Assembly (NCBI RefSeq): GCF_009914755.1
Contig: NC_060940.1
Length of the DNA: 64,000 bases
Source: the human T2T-CHM13v2.0 reference genome, Homo sapiens
Strand: one strand, 5' to 3'
Each line of letters begins with the position of its first letter. Position 1 is the first letter of the stretch. The position numbers and the translations under genes were made by a program. Positions 1 to 16,675 of the stretch are shown here, one piece after another. The notes below the pieces were generated by a model that saw nothing but the letters and a program-made list of their open reading frames with translations, was not told the DNA's origin and searched no databases.

Positions 1-161
1 CTGCAAAGTCAATGCTGTGTATTCAAGGCACAATAGACAGTCTTCTAGAGGCAGTAGCCTCCACCTAGCACAATATGGTGACAAGGTAGCCCAAGCTGTC
101 TGACCACTTCAGCCCAAATAATTTCACACAAGCATGAAAATTAGAGAAGATGTCATAATGG

Positions 162-694
162 TGTCAGAGGGATTTGAACCAGAGCAACTCCATCTTGGGT
201 AGGAGCTGGATAAAATGAGGCTGAAACTATTGGGCTGCATTCCCAGACGCTTAAGACACTTAGTCACAGGATGAGATAGCTGTATCTTGTGCCGACCTGT
301 TTGCTGATAAAACAGGTTGCAGTAAAGAAGCCGGCCAAAACCCACCAAAACCAAGATGGTGCTTAAAGTGGCCTCTGACCGTCCTCACTGCTACACTCCC
401 ACCACTGCCATGACAGCTTACAAATGCCATGGCAACATCTGGAAGTTACCCTATATGGTCTAAAGAGGGGAGGTATGAATAATCCACCCCTTGTTTAGCA
501 TGTCAAGAAATAGCCATAAAAAAAGGCAACCAGCAGCCCTCAGGGCTGCTCTGTCTATTGAGTAGCCATTCTTTATTCCTTGATTTTCTTAATCACCTTG
601 CTTTCACTTTACAGACTTGTGCTTTCTTTCTTTCTTGCAGGAGATCCAAGAACCATCTCTCTCGGGACTGCATCAGGAACCCTTTCATGTAACA
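162..694 (+). mobile_element. MER41A solo LTR (ERV1)
   Basis: Begins TGTCAGAGG..TTTGAACCAGAGCAACTCCATCTT and ends ..GTAACA, matching the recalled MER41A consensus throughout; flanked by direct repeat ATAATGG (155-161 / 695-701). Confidence 0.9.
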
Positions 695-1118
695 ATAATG
701 GTAGAAGCACCTGGGATTTGGGAAAATCTTGGAGAGTACTTTGAATTTCTAAAAACCCATGAAAAGGGAGATTTTAAAAATTCACCAAGTGTTACCTAGA
801 TCTTTAGGGGTCCAGAGATGCCAACTAGTTTTGGGGCTCCACACCACAATGCAATAAAAAAAATGAGGCTGCTTTGGTCGAAAAGGGAGGTAACAATGTT
901 ACAGGCAAGGGGTCCTGATCCAGACCCCCAAGAGAGGCTTCTTGGATCTCGTGCACAAAAGAATTCAGGGGCAAGTCCACAGTGCAAAGCAAAAGTATGT
1001 TTATTAAGGAAGTAGCCTAAGTACTGTTAGCCATAGAGTAGGGCATTCCCAAAAGAAAGGGGAATGCATCCACTCTAGGTACAATGCTTGTTTATAGAGA
1101 ATAAAAAAGATCATGAGG

Positions 1119-1433
<315 letters not shown>

Positions 1434-1571
1434 CTACAAGGATTTGTAATAATTCTTAATTACTACATTTTACAAGAATCAGTATTATCTTCGAAGCGAA
1501 ATTACGAATCCTTCTGTTCAAGGTATCAGGATAACATGACACTCCCACATCTGGGTCTCTTTAGTAAGCAT

Positions 1572-2125
1572 TGAAGGATGTAATACCTCTTCCAAGATTT
1601 TAGCCTGTCAATTGTTAAGTACAATGAGTTCTGACATCCCATCCAAAGAGCCAATCTATCAGTACACGTTCGGCTCCCGTTTTGTCCATTTTAAAGTTTA
1701 ACTTCCTCGTTCTCATCTCCTTGCCCCTAGTTTCAGTAAACAAGCTTTTCCACCAGTTCTAATCAGTAGGTCACATGTGTTGCCCTGGTCACCTACTCCA
1801 TCCTGAGTCAACGCTGGTTACCTGCTCTGACTTCAATCATCGTGACTCACCGGTTCTGTCCAGTCATTCCTGCTTCTCAGACTTGTACCCACTGCTCTTT
1901 AAAATAGCCATTCGGAATTAGCTTACACTGTGGTCCAACCCTAGCCAATAGGGGAATGACAGCAGTAGAGGCTACCTGTCTCAGAAATAAGAACCCCTTC
2001 CTCTCCCTTGGTTCAGCTGTGCTCTCGCCATTGCTCCATCTGTAAGTCACCCTTCTATAGAAGTAAAATTGCCTTGTTGAGGAAATTTTCAAGTGCTATT
2101 TCTTTTGTGGCATCAAAAATTTTTA
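1572..2125 (+). mobile_element. LTR10-family solo LTR nested in MER41
   Basis: Collinear with 2636-3184; GGTCACC/TGA(G/C)TCA repeats, AGCCAAT; flanks AGCAT/AGTGT look like a CpG-decayed TSD. Confidence 0.8.
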
Positions 2126-2635
2126 AGTGTTACTAATCTGTTCCCTTAACCAGAAACATCTAGAGGCCAAGAATAGCTACCAGTCCAGAATGCAGCCTCC
2201 CAAGTTCCAGCCTCATTTTCCTAGCCCTCATTCAGGATGGAGTTGCTCTGGTTCGAATGCCTCTGATAACAGACCCAAGAAGTTTCTTACTCATTCCCCC
2301 GTCTCCCCAAAGCCCACACCCGCTGCTTAAAAAAAAAAAATTCACTGGGCTACTACATGGCGCTTGAGGTTGAAGTCTTTGAGCCTTGAGATTGTCATTT
2401 CAATGCAAATGTTTGTAAATTAGATGAAAGTCACAGATCAAGCCAGATAGAGGGGGAAGAATAGGGGATGTAGACCTTGGCCATGCTCCCAAGGAGAACG
2501 GCGGCAGACCAGCAGATGTTAATCATTAATCCGACAAACATTTCGATGCCTCTGCCCTTTGAACTCAAGGGCTGAGGGACAGGGACCAAGACAGGATGCT
2601 TGTTCCTTTTCTTTCCACGCCTTCCACCACCTCTT

Positions 2636-3184
2636 TGTTAAATATAGTGAACTCCAAGTTTCTCTTCAAAGAATCATTATGTCAGTATGTTCAGCTCTCT
2701 CATTCTTTGTTCTCCATTTTAACGTTTTTTGTGGTTTTCCTTCACCCCCTTGCCTCTAGATTCAGTGAATAACTTTCCCACCAGTTCTAATCAGTAGTTC
2801 ACATCTGTTCCACTGGTCACCTGCTTTGACCTGAGTCACCCTGGTCACCTGCTGTGTCCTGACTCATCCTTAGTCACCTATTCTGTAACCGTCCTTCCTG
2901 CCAAGCTACTCACCCCCACCACTCCGACTCATACCCCTGGCTTTCTTTAAAATAGGCAATCGGAATTAGCTTAGACTGTGTGGTCCGACCTTAGCCAATA
3001 GGGGAATGACACAGCAGTAGGGGCTACCTACATCACGAATAAAAACCCCTTCCCATCCCTTGTTCAGGTATGCCCTCAGTATTGCTCCACTCACGAGTTG
3101 TACCCTTCTATAGAAGTAAAAGCTGCAGAAAGTTAAATTTACATTTCAGTGCTATTTCTTTTATGGCACCGATTATTTATAACA
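2636..3184 (+). mobile_element. LTR10A-like solo LTR (HERV-I group)
   Basis: TGTTAAATATAGTGAA start, TATAACA end, 4-bp TSD TCTT (2632-2635 / 3185-3188), AP-1 motifs at 2832-2838 and 2860-2866. Confidence 0.88.
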
Positions 3185-3561
3185 TCTTGGTCCATGAGAA
3201 GCCTTGTGACAGCCACTGTGTTTGGAATCCACTCTCCAAAAAGAAAAGCATCGTGCTCAGGGCCAAAGCTGCAATCATGCACGTGTGCTCTCCTTGGGCA
3301 CATCGTCTCTTTTCAGACAAGGTTATGCATTATCAGTTTATAACTTGAAATCACAGAAAGAGAACGTTGATTCTGCAGTAACAGTAAGTGTTTAACCGTG
3401 TATATTAAAATCTTCATGTGAGAGTCGCAGTTCTCTCATGAATATACCTTGCATTTCACAGTCAGCCAAGTTGGCTCAAGACTCAGGGTGATAAACTCTA
3501 AATTACGGTAAGTCTTTAAGTTACATTGAAAAAACCACCAAAAAAAAGAACTTAAAGTCAG

Positions 3562-3892
3562 AAGAATGGAACCATTTGTCTCTTATCTACCTAGGACCTG
3601 GAAGCCCACCCCGCCCCTCCCCCACCGCGCCGTCGAGTCCTCCCAGCTTTGCTTCAAGTTGTCTTGCCTTTCTAGACCTGCCCCGTCTTTCCAGACCGAA
3701 CCAATGTTCATCCAGCACGTATTGATGGATGTGTCATGTCTCCCTAGGATGTGTAAAAGCCAGTTGTGTTCTGACCACCTCGGGCACAGGTCGTCAGGAA
3801 CTCCTGAGACTGTCACAGACAGGTGTGTTCAACTTTGGCAAAATAAACTTTCTGGATTAACTGCAACTTGTCTCAGATTTTCAGCATTTACA
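3562..3892 (+). mobile_element. MER4A LTR, 3' part
   Basis: CATTTGTCTCTTATCTACCTA..GACCGAACCAATG..GGCAAAATAAACTTTC..TTTACA matches recalled MER4A. Confidence 0.8.
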
Positions 3893-4374
3893 GATGTACA
3901 CATGCTCACTCTAGAGCCTTTGCTCTTGACCCCTGGGTGCCCCTGCCTTTCACAGACACCTGTGTGCTTTCTGTAGGCAGATCTAGGGAATTCTCTGGTA
4001 AGAAAGCATTTAGGAACCTGCCCAGGCAATTCAGTGGTCAGCCAATATGGGGACTGGGAGTTAAATACTAGCTCTCTGCTTTTACCTACTAGTTACAACA
4101 TTAAGTCGCTACAGAACACCCTCAGTTCACTTCTTAGTGTATCCTTTTTCAAAGGATACACTAATCTCTTTAAATGCATGACTGGTAATCAAATCAGATA
4201 ATGCGTGTCAAAGCCTTTGAGTTATGATATGCACATATAATCCATTATCATAGTTCTAACAAGTTCTTATCACTGGAAAATAGTAAGAAATCTTATTTTT
4301 GCCTAAATGGGGCCATCCCCCAAAGTATAAGAGAACCTTGTTACAGAAGATTTAACTACATTGAACGAGTCAGA

Positions 4375-4650
4375 CCAGGCCTGGTGGCTCTTGCCTATAA
4401 TCCCAGCAATTTGAGAGGCGAAGGCAGGAGGATTGCTCCAGTTGAGGAGTTTGAGACCATCCTCGACAAGATAGCAAGACCTTGTCTCTACGAAAGTTTA
4501 AAAATTAGCCAGGAGTGGTGGCATGCACTAGTAGTCCCCAGATACTTGTGGAGGATCACTCGAGCCCAGGAGATCGAGGCTATGATCTTACCACTACACT
4601 CCAGCCTAAAGCATAGGGTGAGACCGTGTGTTTGAAAAAAAAAAAAAAAA
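4375..4650 (+). mobile_element. Alu (AluJ-like)
   Basis: Diverged dimer with poly(A). Confidence 0.9.
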
Positions 4651-5302
4651 GTTGGGGGGTGGGGGAGTAACTCAGCATTGGAGATACCAGATGACTTCAG
4701 AAAATCCTTTTCTCCCATAAAGCAGAAGGGCCAAAGACCAGAAAAACATTAAAGGAGAAGAACCAGAAAGCTAATAATACGGAGGACAAAAAAGAATGAC
4801 GAAACCAATCCTTTCCCTAGTAATTGAAACAATTAACAAGGATATAGCTGAAGTAACTTGGAGCTGAAAATACTCATTTCATGGATCAGAAAGCATCAAC
4901 AGAACAGGTGAAAGGAGATCTCTAGCTTGGCAAAGTTCTTATATAATCCTGCATATATCCAGGATAATAAAATGTTAACCACAATAGGCCGCAGTTTTTT
5001 TTAAAAAAAATCCAGAATAGAACAAAGTTTAAAGGATTGAGCCATGACCTAACAATTTTATGCCACACGAAGCTACTGGTCTCATGTTTAAACAAGACAT
5101 CATACAAGAAAGAAGAAAAAGTGACACTAACTCAGCCCGCTATATTAAAATGTGACATAAAGCTTGAATAGATATACTAATATCACCCTGCTCTAAGAAT
5201 TAACCTCCGGTCAATAGCAACTGTATTAATAGCCTTAAGATGTCCCCAAGTTTAAAGAACAAGAGACTCATGCTATCGTTTTTGGGTGGTGGGGATGGGG
5301 GA

Positions 5303-5547
5303 AAGACAGGGTCTCCTCTGTTAGCCAGGCTGGAGTACAGTGGCACGATCATGGCTCACTGCACCCTCAACCTCCCTCAACTCAAGGGATCCTCCTACCT
5401 TGACCTCCCCAGGCTTGAAAGATCCTCCTCTACACCTCAGCCTCCTGAGTAGCTGGGACTACAAGGCTGGTCTTGAACTCCTGGGCTCAAGCCATCTTCT
5501 CTCCCAAAGTGCTAGGATTACAGGTCTGAGCCCCTGCACCCCTCCCA
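5303..5547 (-). mobile_element. Alu (AluJ-like, internally rearranged)
   Basis: Antisense Alu with a short internal duplication and loss of the middle A-rich region. Confidence 0.85.
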
Positions 5548-5649
5548 TTGCTACTTTTCAAAATTGCACTTGAGGTTGTAGCTTATGTAATAAGAATTTT
5601 AAGTAGCAGGGCGATACAAAATTGCAGTTGTTTACACATTATTCTCCAA

Positions 5650-7640
5650 GCTAGAAAATGGTCAGGAAACTGACATTTACTTTGAGCAGGGTAGTCCCAT
5701 ACTGTATCAACGTAAAAACGAACAAGTCAAATATACAACATAAAGCTTTTTAGAAACAATAGCCGCAAAGCTAAATCTTATTTTAAACGATCTATATAAA
5801 ACTAAATTTTCACTAAATGACAGACTTGTATCACCCTCATGAAAGACTGTCAGTCAATTCTTCTGAAATTTTATGAACGTAATGCATCACAACCCTTGTT
5901 CCGTATGTCAATTCTTTGTAGAATTTGACCAACTTATTCTGAAACGCAGAAGAGCTAGGGCAGTTTTGGGAAGGGAAAAATAAAGGGAAACTTTGACCAC
6001 TACAAACAAGAATCATATTACAAAGCTCTATGAAACCAGGGCAGGAATACATAAACCAAAGAATCAACACCCAAGTAGAGACAAAGGTTTAACAGACGTT
6101 AAAGCGGGTATTTTCACATGAGCAGAGAAAGACTCAGTCTTAAAACAACTGCCTGTGCATCCAGAAAAACAGTACATTGGAACACTTATCACACACAAAA
6201 GTGAACTTTAGCAAATCCTCGAACTATTTGAATAATGAAATACAATTTATGGACCTTGCAGTATTAGACTTACAAATAAGTTTTTCAAAAACTATAGAAG
6301 AAATGACTGATGACCACAGCGAAGTGTTGAGGTTCTGCATGACAAAAATATGAACAAAGTAACACCAACATTCCAGAAGGTATTTGTAACTTACAACAAA
6401 TTGTTAATGACAAGGGTCCCCAAACCCCAGGCCACAGACCAAGAAACGTTCGTGGCCCATTAGGAGCAGGTGACACAGCAGAAGGTAAGCAGCTGGTGAA
6501 CAAAGCGTCTGTATTTACAGCTGCTTCCCATTGGTCACATCACCACCTGAGCTCTGCCTGTCCATCAGTGGCAGCATTAGATTCTCACAGGAGAATGAAC
6601 CCCTATTGTGAACTGCGCGTGTGAGGGATCTAGATTGCGTGCTCCTTGTGACAAGGTAACTAATGCCAAATGATCTGTCACTGTCTCCCACCTCCCACCT
6701 CCAGATGGGGCCGTCTAGTTTCAGGAAAACAAGGTCAGGGCTCCCACTGATTCTACATTATGGTGAGTTGTGTAGTTTCATTATTATGTCATAATTTTAA
6801 AGTACACGAGAAATGTAAGGTGCCTGAACCATCTCCCAAACTGTCCTCCCCTCCCACCAACCCCATCTGTGGAAAAACTGTCCTCCACACAACTGGTTTC
6901 CTGTTGCCAGAGTTTGCTGACTGCCAATCTACAATGTATGTGCTTTAGAGAACACCCCTTTTGTTTTTTACATTGGCTGAAACTGGTCAAGAAAATAGGC
7001 TTCTCTCCCCAAGGCCTCCCCATTTCCCAAGAAAATGAGATACTAATCAAAAAGTGGATATAAATAAGCAATTCACAGAAAATGCACTCACTGACCATAT
7101 GAAAAGATGTTCACCTCATCAGCAATCAGGGGGCTATAGGTTAATGAAGTATTTCTAGCTATTAAATCACCAAAAGCTTAAATATGATCAGGTGTTCTCA
7201 CACCTCACTTGTGGTCCAATTCCTATAACCGTTTTGGAGAAAATTTTGACAAAGAAATATGTGCATGCCCCAAGATGGAGCCACCATCGGTATCTCCGCT
7301 TGAAAAGCATTTACCCAAACATCAAGATGGCCTGGCCAGGGGCCTGAGCTGTGTGTAGTAAGGAAAAACAACAGGAAACCACCCAGATCACGTCCAATTG
7401 ATAGGATGGTTGTGTAAACTTTTATATATTTGGACCATAATACACCAAGCAGTTAGAAAATTTCTCCGAGTATACTGATACAGCTGAGCTGCAAGCAGCG
7501 AAAAAACCAAGTTGCTGAATGATATGTACATGATACAGTTTATACCTAACAGTTGCTGAAAGCATAGATGTTAACGCATAGGAAAGGCGTGGGAAAGTGC
7601 ACATGAAACTGAACAAGATCTGCCCCAGGGAAGGGGGAAA
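5650..7640 (+). mobile_element. Ancient L1M ORF2/3' fragments, interrupted by MER1A
   Basis: A-rich, degenerate L1 motifs such as CATATGAAAAGATGTTCACCTCATC. Confidence 0.6.
6411..6925 (+). mobile_element. MER1A (hAT-Charlie DNA transposon)
   Basis: CAAGGGTCCCCAAACCCC start; GCAGCATTAGATTCTCA; CTCCCACTGATTCTACATTATGGTGAGTTG. Confidence 0.9.
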
Positions 7641-7674
7641 GGAGACTGAGTCCTAGAATCATGGTAGGTGGTCA

Positions 7675-8948
<1,274 letters not shown>

Positions 8949-9894
8949 TCACACCAACAATCTTAAAAATCAAGACAAAGGATGAACCAACTGAGTAAAA
9001 ACCCATTTAAAATAGAAATCTGTTTTGTCCCCCAGCTTTCCCATTAGTTGGATACTTACTTTACACTGCATCTAAAAGCCCAGATGAGATCATCACCCAA
9101 GCAGTAAAAATGAAAGCATCAAAAAGGGTTCCTGAACATAGAGAAAATATTGTTTATCTTTAATAAAAACCTTAACTTCTTTGTATCGAATAACAGAAGC
9201 CAAAAACCCAAAGGCAGAGAAATCTAGAAGAGCATTAAGTACATATGTAATATAGAAAGTTCTACAAACCAAGGTAGAAAAGACCAAGAATACTGTAATA
9301 AAATAGGCACACAATTTCCAGAATTAAACCAATAGACCCAAGAACATGTCTGACCTCACGTGGCAGGGAGAGAAATTAAAACAAATGATAGGACATTTTT
9401 TTGGCTACCAAAATGGTCCAAATGAAAAAATAATGTTGACAAAGTAGGATGAACCATTCCCAGCAGTACTGTCCAAAGAAAATAGATACAAACCATATGT
9501 GTATCTTCTAACACTACCAGAACCCATTGCAGAAAGAACAAGGTGCAATTTTAGTATTATATTTAAACACTATATCAGAAGTATTTCGAGTCACTATAAA
9601 CATTTACGAGCTATTCACTTTTGGAGGGGTACTAATTCTTTCAAATTTGCCATGTGTCTTAGGCTCCTACTATATCTCAATCCAGATGCAAAATTTTACT
9701 AGAAATTTAAGTTTCATAAAATTTTCCATTGAGAAGGACATTCATATACTTAAGTTGTTTCCAACATATTTAAGCTTCCCAGTAACAGAATGAGTAACAG
9801 GTCTTACAATTTATTCCAGAGTGGTTGAAATACAATTCAATCCAGTTACCTCGGTCACACCAACCTTTTTTGGGGGGGTGGTGGTGGTTGTGAA

Positions 9895-10166
9895 GACGGT
9901 CTCACTGTCACGCACGCTGTAGTGGCAGGATCACAGCTCACTGCAACCTCCGCCTCCTAGGCTCAAATGGTTCTCCCACCTCAGCCTCTTGGAGTAGCTA
10001 AGACCATATGCATGTGCCACCATGCTTGGCTAATTTTTTAATTTTTGGTAGAGATGGGGTTTCGCCATGTTGCCCAGACTGATCTCAAACTTCTGAGCTC
10101 AAGTGAATATCCAATCTCAGCCTCCCAAAGTGCTCGGATTACAGGCTTGAGCCACCACACCTAGCC
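9895..10166 (-). mobile_element. Alu (AluJ-like)
   Basis: Antisense dimer. Confidence 0.9.
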
Positions 10167-11175
10167 TTGACAACTCTTCAAGTGTATGAAAGCCACCTGT
10201 GGCTGGTGGCTGCCATACTGAAGGCTACAGTTCTAGAATAAGTGCACCCGCCCAACCCAGGTCCCGGCTACAAGTGGAGGCAGCTCTTTCCAGAGTTTCC
10301 CAAACCCTGATATCACCGTGCTCTCTGATCAACATTCCCTGCGATTTCCAGACTCAACCGTCCTGGCCTCATCCACAGGTGCCTTCCAGGCTGCCCTGTT
10401 CTTGCTGTTACTTTTGCCATGAGGCACATAGAGCAGTTTAGTCAATTGCTACCCTCTTCAGTTCTCACGCTGTAAATTGTAAACTATGGGAATAAGAATG
10501 ATACTCAAAGCAACAGGCTCCTTTTACCAAGTAGACTGCGTGCTAAATGCTTTGCATCCTTTGTCATTTGTACCCCTTTCTACTTATATGCAGGAAACAA
10601 GCTTAGAAAAGGACATCTTAGGGCCTCATTAGTAAGCAAAGAACCACTTGTCCTTGGAACTGGAGCGAACTGGCCCCAAACCCCATGCTCTCCCCCCTTC
10701 CTCACAGTTCTGGCCTAATTGGGTGTGCAATCTCCCTCCCCCAGTCACCCACAGTGGCTCCCAGCGCTCCTTGGGGATTTGGGTCAGCGGGACACCGCCT
10801 AGGACACTGCTTCTCAGACATTAGGCCAAGATAGCACCAAGAAAAAGGAAACCCCCACATGGGAACCTACCCTTCTCTAGGTAAAGAGCTATTGTGCGCG
10901 ATGCCTTAAATAGATGCTCATTTAATTATCACAGCTATTTCTCAAGTCAGAACTGTCATCACCATTTTACAGAAAACAAGTGAGTCAAAGGCAAACATCT
11001 GGGAAGCTGTGGGGCTAGGATTTGGTGGACTGCTACCCCAGCAGAAAACTGGGGATGCAGGGGTGAGTCCCACGAGGCAGGGTTCACCCCATGCCCCTCT
11101 TCCCGAGATGATCACAGTACTTGTCTCCAGGGTCTGTGGTCCTACCAGAGTCTAATCCACAGTATGTAAAGCAAG

Positions 11176-11472
11176 TTTTTTTTTTTTTTTTTTGGAGAAG
11201 GAGTCTCATTCTGTGGCCCAGGCTGGAGTGCAGTGGTACGATCTTAGCTCACTGCAAACTGCACCTCCTGGATTCAAGCAATTCTACCTCAGCCTCCTGA
11301 GTAGCTAGGATTACAGGCACCCACCACCACGCCTGGCTTTTTTGTGTTTTTGGTAGAGATGGGGTTTCACCATGTTGGCCAGGCTGGTCTCCAACTCCTG
11401 ACCTCAGCAGATCCACCCACCTCAGCCTCCCAAAGCGCTGGAATTACAGGTGTGAGCTACCGTGCCCGGCCA
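11176..11472 (-). mobile_element. Alu (AluS-like)
   Basis: Poly(T) followed by antisense dimer. Confidence 0.95.
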
Positions 11473-11777
11473 AGAGCCCTTTCATTATCATGCACTTGAC
11501 CCATGATGAGCCATTCTGGAAGCCACTGTGTTGGGATCATTCGGCCCCCACCTTGCTCTAGCAGTGCAGGAAGACTTCATCTCTATTTCCACACGCAAAT
11601 CTCTTACAAGCCTATGGCCAAGGTGTTATCATTTTCATTTCACAGATTAAAACAATAACCAAGGTTACCATCGCATGTCTAAAACCACCAAGCAAGTCAC
11701 CCGCAGAGTTGGGGCACTAAACCACACCCTGAAGCTGGGGTTTACTCTGAACACTTTTTAGGGGGAGGGGGGAAGGA

Positions 11778-12052
11778 CATGGAGTCTCGTTCTGTCAGGA
11801 GGCTGGAGTGTACTGGCTGCAATCTCGGCTCACTGCAACCTCTACCTCCTGGGTTCAAACAATTCCCCTGCCTCAGCCTGAGTAGCTGGGACTACAAGTG
11901 CCTGCCACTACGCCAAGCAAATTTTTGTAGTTTTACTAGACACAAGGTTTCACCATATTGGCCAGACTGGTCTCAAATTTCTGACCTTGTGATCCTCCCA
12001 CCTGGGCCTCCCAAAGTGCTGGGATTACAGGCATGAGCCACTGTGCCCGGCC
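11778..12052 (-). mobile_element. Alu (AluS-like)
   Basis: Antisense dimer. Confidence 0.93.
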
Positions 12053-12376
12053 TATTCCTTCATTCTTACAGGTGAACACCATTATCGGACACCTCCTGGG
12101 TACTGAGGCAACTGGGACACAGAAATGAATCAGAGACGAACTTGTCAGAAAAAAACCTGAAAGCTTAAAAAGCAGCCCAAGATGGCTGTAGGTTGGACAT
12201 ACAGATAATAGAAACTAAGCCTATGAACGAAATCTGAACGCTGGCCACCGAGGCTGGAGTTCCTCAGCTACTTCACTGCTGTGCAACGAGTGCCTATCAG
12301 ATGAAGGGCAAAAGCAGGAGACTCAGTCCTCCCTCTGCAGACCCTAAGAGGCCTTCGTACTTTTTATCATATATAC

Positions 12377-12939
12377 TGTGAAAGGAAAATAAATCTCGGG
12401 GCCCCCAAATCACTGGAGAGAAAAGTCAACCTGCAAGCTGCTTAGGGCCAACCTGCCTCCCTCTCTATGTAAAGTCACACCTCTGCTCACCAAGATAAAC
12501 GTGTATCTGATTGCCTACTTTGGAAAGACTAATCAGAAACTCAAAATGCAGCCAAGCAGGCAGTACAGTGGCTCACACCTGTAATCCCAGCACTTTGGGA
12601 GGCCAAAGTGGGAGGATCACCTAAGCTCAGGAGTTTGAGACCAGACTGGCCAACATGATGAAACCCCGTCTCTACTAAAAATACGGAAATTAGCCAGGTG
12701 TGGTGGCAGGCACCTGTAACCCCAGCTACTTGGGAGGCTGAGGCAGGAAAAATTGCTTGAACTTGGAGGCAGAGGTTGCAGTGAGCTTAGATTATACCAC
12801 TGTACTCGAGCCTGAACAAGTGAGACTCCGTGTCAAAAAAAAACCACACACACACAACACACACACACAAGAGAACGCAACTGTGTCTTATCTAGGACCT
12901 GGAAGCCCCCTCCCTTCTTTGAGTTGGCCCACCTTTCCA
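12377..12939 (+). mobile_element. MER4A1 LTR, 5' part, with Alu at 12556-12843
   Basis: TGTGAAAGGAAAATAAATCTCGGGGCCCC start; resumes after the Alu with CTTATCT..GACCTGGAAGCCCCCTCCC. Confidence 0.82.
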
Positions 12940-13492
12940 TTCAGTTTTAAGAAAATCACCTTCACTTCATTGCCCAGTGCAGGTTTCTCGGTTTCCACTA
13001 AGTCTGTGTTCCTGGCCTATCGTCCTCAAACTTGTCTCAGGATAGTTAACTTTCGTTTTTATCTATATATTGCCTGTTATGTTAACCTCTTGGTTTGAAG
13101 GTTCTGACTCCCAGGAAGTAAATCCCTAGCTGGCGACAGCTGGAAACATTCACTCATCACCAAGTTCCCACGTGCTGCCTCCCTCACCTGCCACTTCCCA
13201 GGTGCTCAGTCCCAAACGGCAGTAACAGGTATCCTCTCCAGGTTGAAGCACTTAGGAGCTGGGGCATGACTCTCAGCCCCTCCTTGGGGGCCACAAACTG
13301 AGCTAGTGGAATCAGAAGGTGGCATCAGCCTGGATCCTGAGTCACCACATGGAGGGCTGTGTAGTCAGTGGATTGAGAGTCAAGAGGCAGCTTGCCTGGG
13401 TCCAGCCACTAGAATGTTGCCATTTGTTACTGCAGCATAGCCTAATATATTCTGATTAAACCAATGCAACATAAGCTCATCACATACTGTAG

Positions 13493-13810
<318 letters not shown>

Positions 13811-14382
13811 AAATGGTAAGAAAAAAAAACAGCAGAGCAAGGTGCTGAGATTACAGGCACGAGCCATTACACCAGGCTGAAAATGCTAAGAAAAAAAAAA
13901 AACAAATTTTAAGAGACCTGATTGATTTGGTCTTCAGGGGAAGGTGAGGGTTGGAAAGAGCCGAGATCTGGCAGGTAATGAAGGCAGGTTAACATTTGTC
14001 AAACACTGTGCCACGTGCCGGGCACTGGGCTAATGTTTATAGACATCCAAGCAAAAGCCACACTCAAAAAAAGCCTGTAGCATGGTGACTAGATCAGCCA
14101 GTGAAGACCTCTCTCCGATTAGCCGCTGGGCACTGAGGATCCCTTTGCCCTGCTTTGTGGGGCAAAGCAAAGACAAGGACATCCGAGCAGGGACGTTCAG
14201 AGGGAACTACAGTGGCACAGCCCTCAAGGCTGGGATGCCTAGTGCCTTTGAGAACCAGCAAGAGGCGTGAGGGGGCGCTGGCAGATGACTCAGCCCAGGA
14301 GTTACTCTGAGTGAGACCGAAGTCTTAGGAGGGTTCTGAGCAGACATGATTTCTCTTTTCAGGGCTCAGGAGGATCCCCCCT

Positions 14383-14672
14383 GGCTAGCTTGGTGGCTCA
14401 TGCCTGTAATCCCAGCACTTTGGGAGACCCAGGCAGGTGCATCACTTGAGCTGAGTTGGAGACCAGACTGGGCAACATGGATAAACCTCATTTCTACCAA
14501 AAAGTACAAAAAAGTTAGCTGGGTGTGGTGATGTGCTTGTAGTCCCAGGTACTTGGTAGGGGGTCGGGGTGAGTCGAGGTAGGAGGATTGCTGGAGCCTG
14601 GGAGGTGGGGGCTACAGCGAGCTGAGGTAGTGCCACTGCACTGCAGCCTGGGTGACAGAGTGAGACCCCATC
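14383..14672 (+). mobile_element. Alu (AluJ-like)
   Basis: Diverged dimer. Confidence 0.9.
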
Positions 14673-14699
14673 TCGGGGGGAAAAATATCTTTCTAGGGC

Positions 14700-14860
14700 C
14701 AGCGGTTTCAGCTAGGGTTGTGTCCCCCAGGGCACACCTGCCAACGACTGGAGACACTTTCATTGTCACCACTCAGGGGCGGCTACGAAGTTCTAGTGGG
14801 TGGAAGCCAGGGATACGGCTGATGCCAGGGCACTCCTCCCCTCCCCCCACCCCAATTGGT
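14700..14860 (+). mobile_element. MER20 (hAT), strongly diverged
   Basis: CCCCCAGGGCACA..CTGGAGACACTTT..TTGTCAC..TCTAGTGGGTGGAAGCCAGGGAT is collinear with the MER20 at 33767. Confidence 0.65.
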
Positions 14861-14926
14861 GGGGGGTGCAGTCCTCTACTTCGAGATGCTTCCAATGCCA
14901 GGGCCCGCCCCACTCCCAAACAGACT

Positions 14927-16259
<1,333 letters not shown>

Positions 16260-16394
16260 TCGTACAGGGACCAATGCTTTATCATCGCACATCAAGCCAT
16301 TTGAACACAGCAGCTCCCCTCTGTACTCAAGTTTTACATGCCCATTATGGGGAATTGGAAAACTACAGCCAATTATAAAAATAAAGATGATAGT

Positions 16395-16675
16395 GGCCAG
16401 GTGTGGTGGCTCTCGACTGTAATCCCACTTTCAGGCTGAGGTGAGAGGATTGCTTGAGACCAGGAGTTTGAGACCAGCCTCGGCAACATAAAACCCCATC
16501 TCTCCAAAAAATAAAATTAGTCAGGTGTGGTGGCATGCACCTGTAGTCTCAGCGGCTCTGGAGGCTGGGGCAGGAAGATGACTCAAACCCAGGACTTCAA
16601 GGCTGTAGTGAGCTATGATTGTACCACTACATTCCAGCCTGACTGGCAGAGATAAGCTGTCCCTACTAAAATAAA
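16395..16675 (+). mobile_element. Alu (AluJ-like), paralog of 20483-20785
   Basis: Shared private variants such as CCTGACTGGCAGAGA. Confidence 0.9.

Noticed and set aside
1572-3184. Two LTR10s as a deleted provirus
   Set aside because: Each has its own flanking duplication and the first is nested in MER41, so they are independent solo LTRs.
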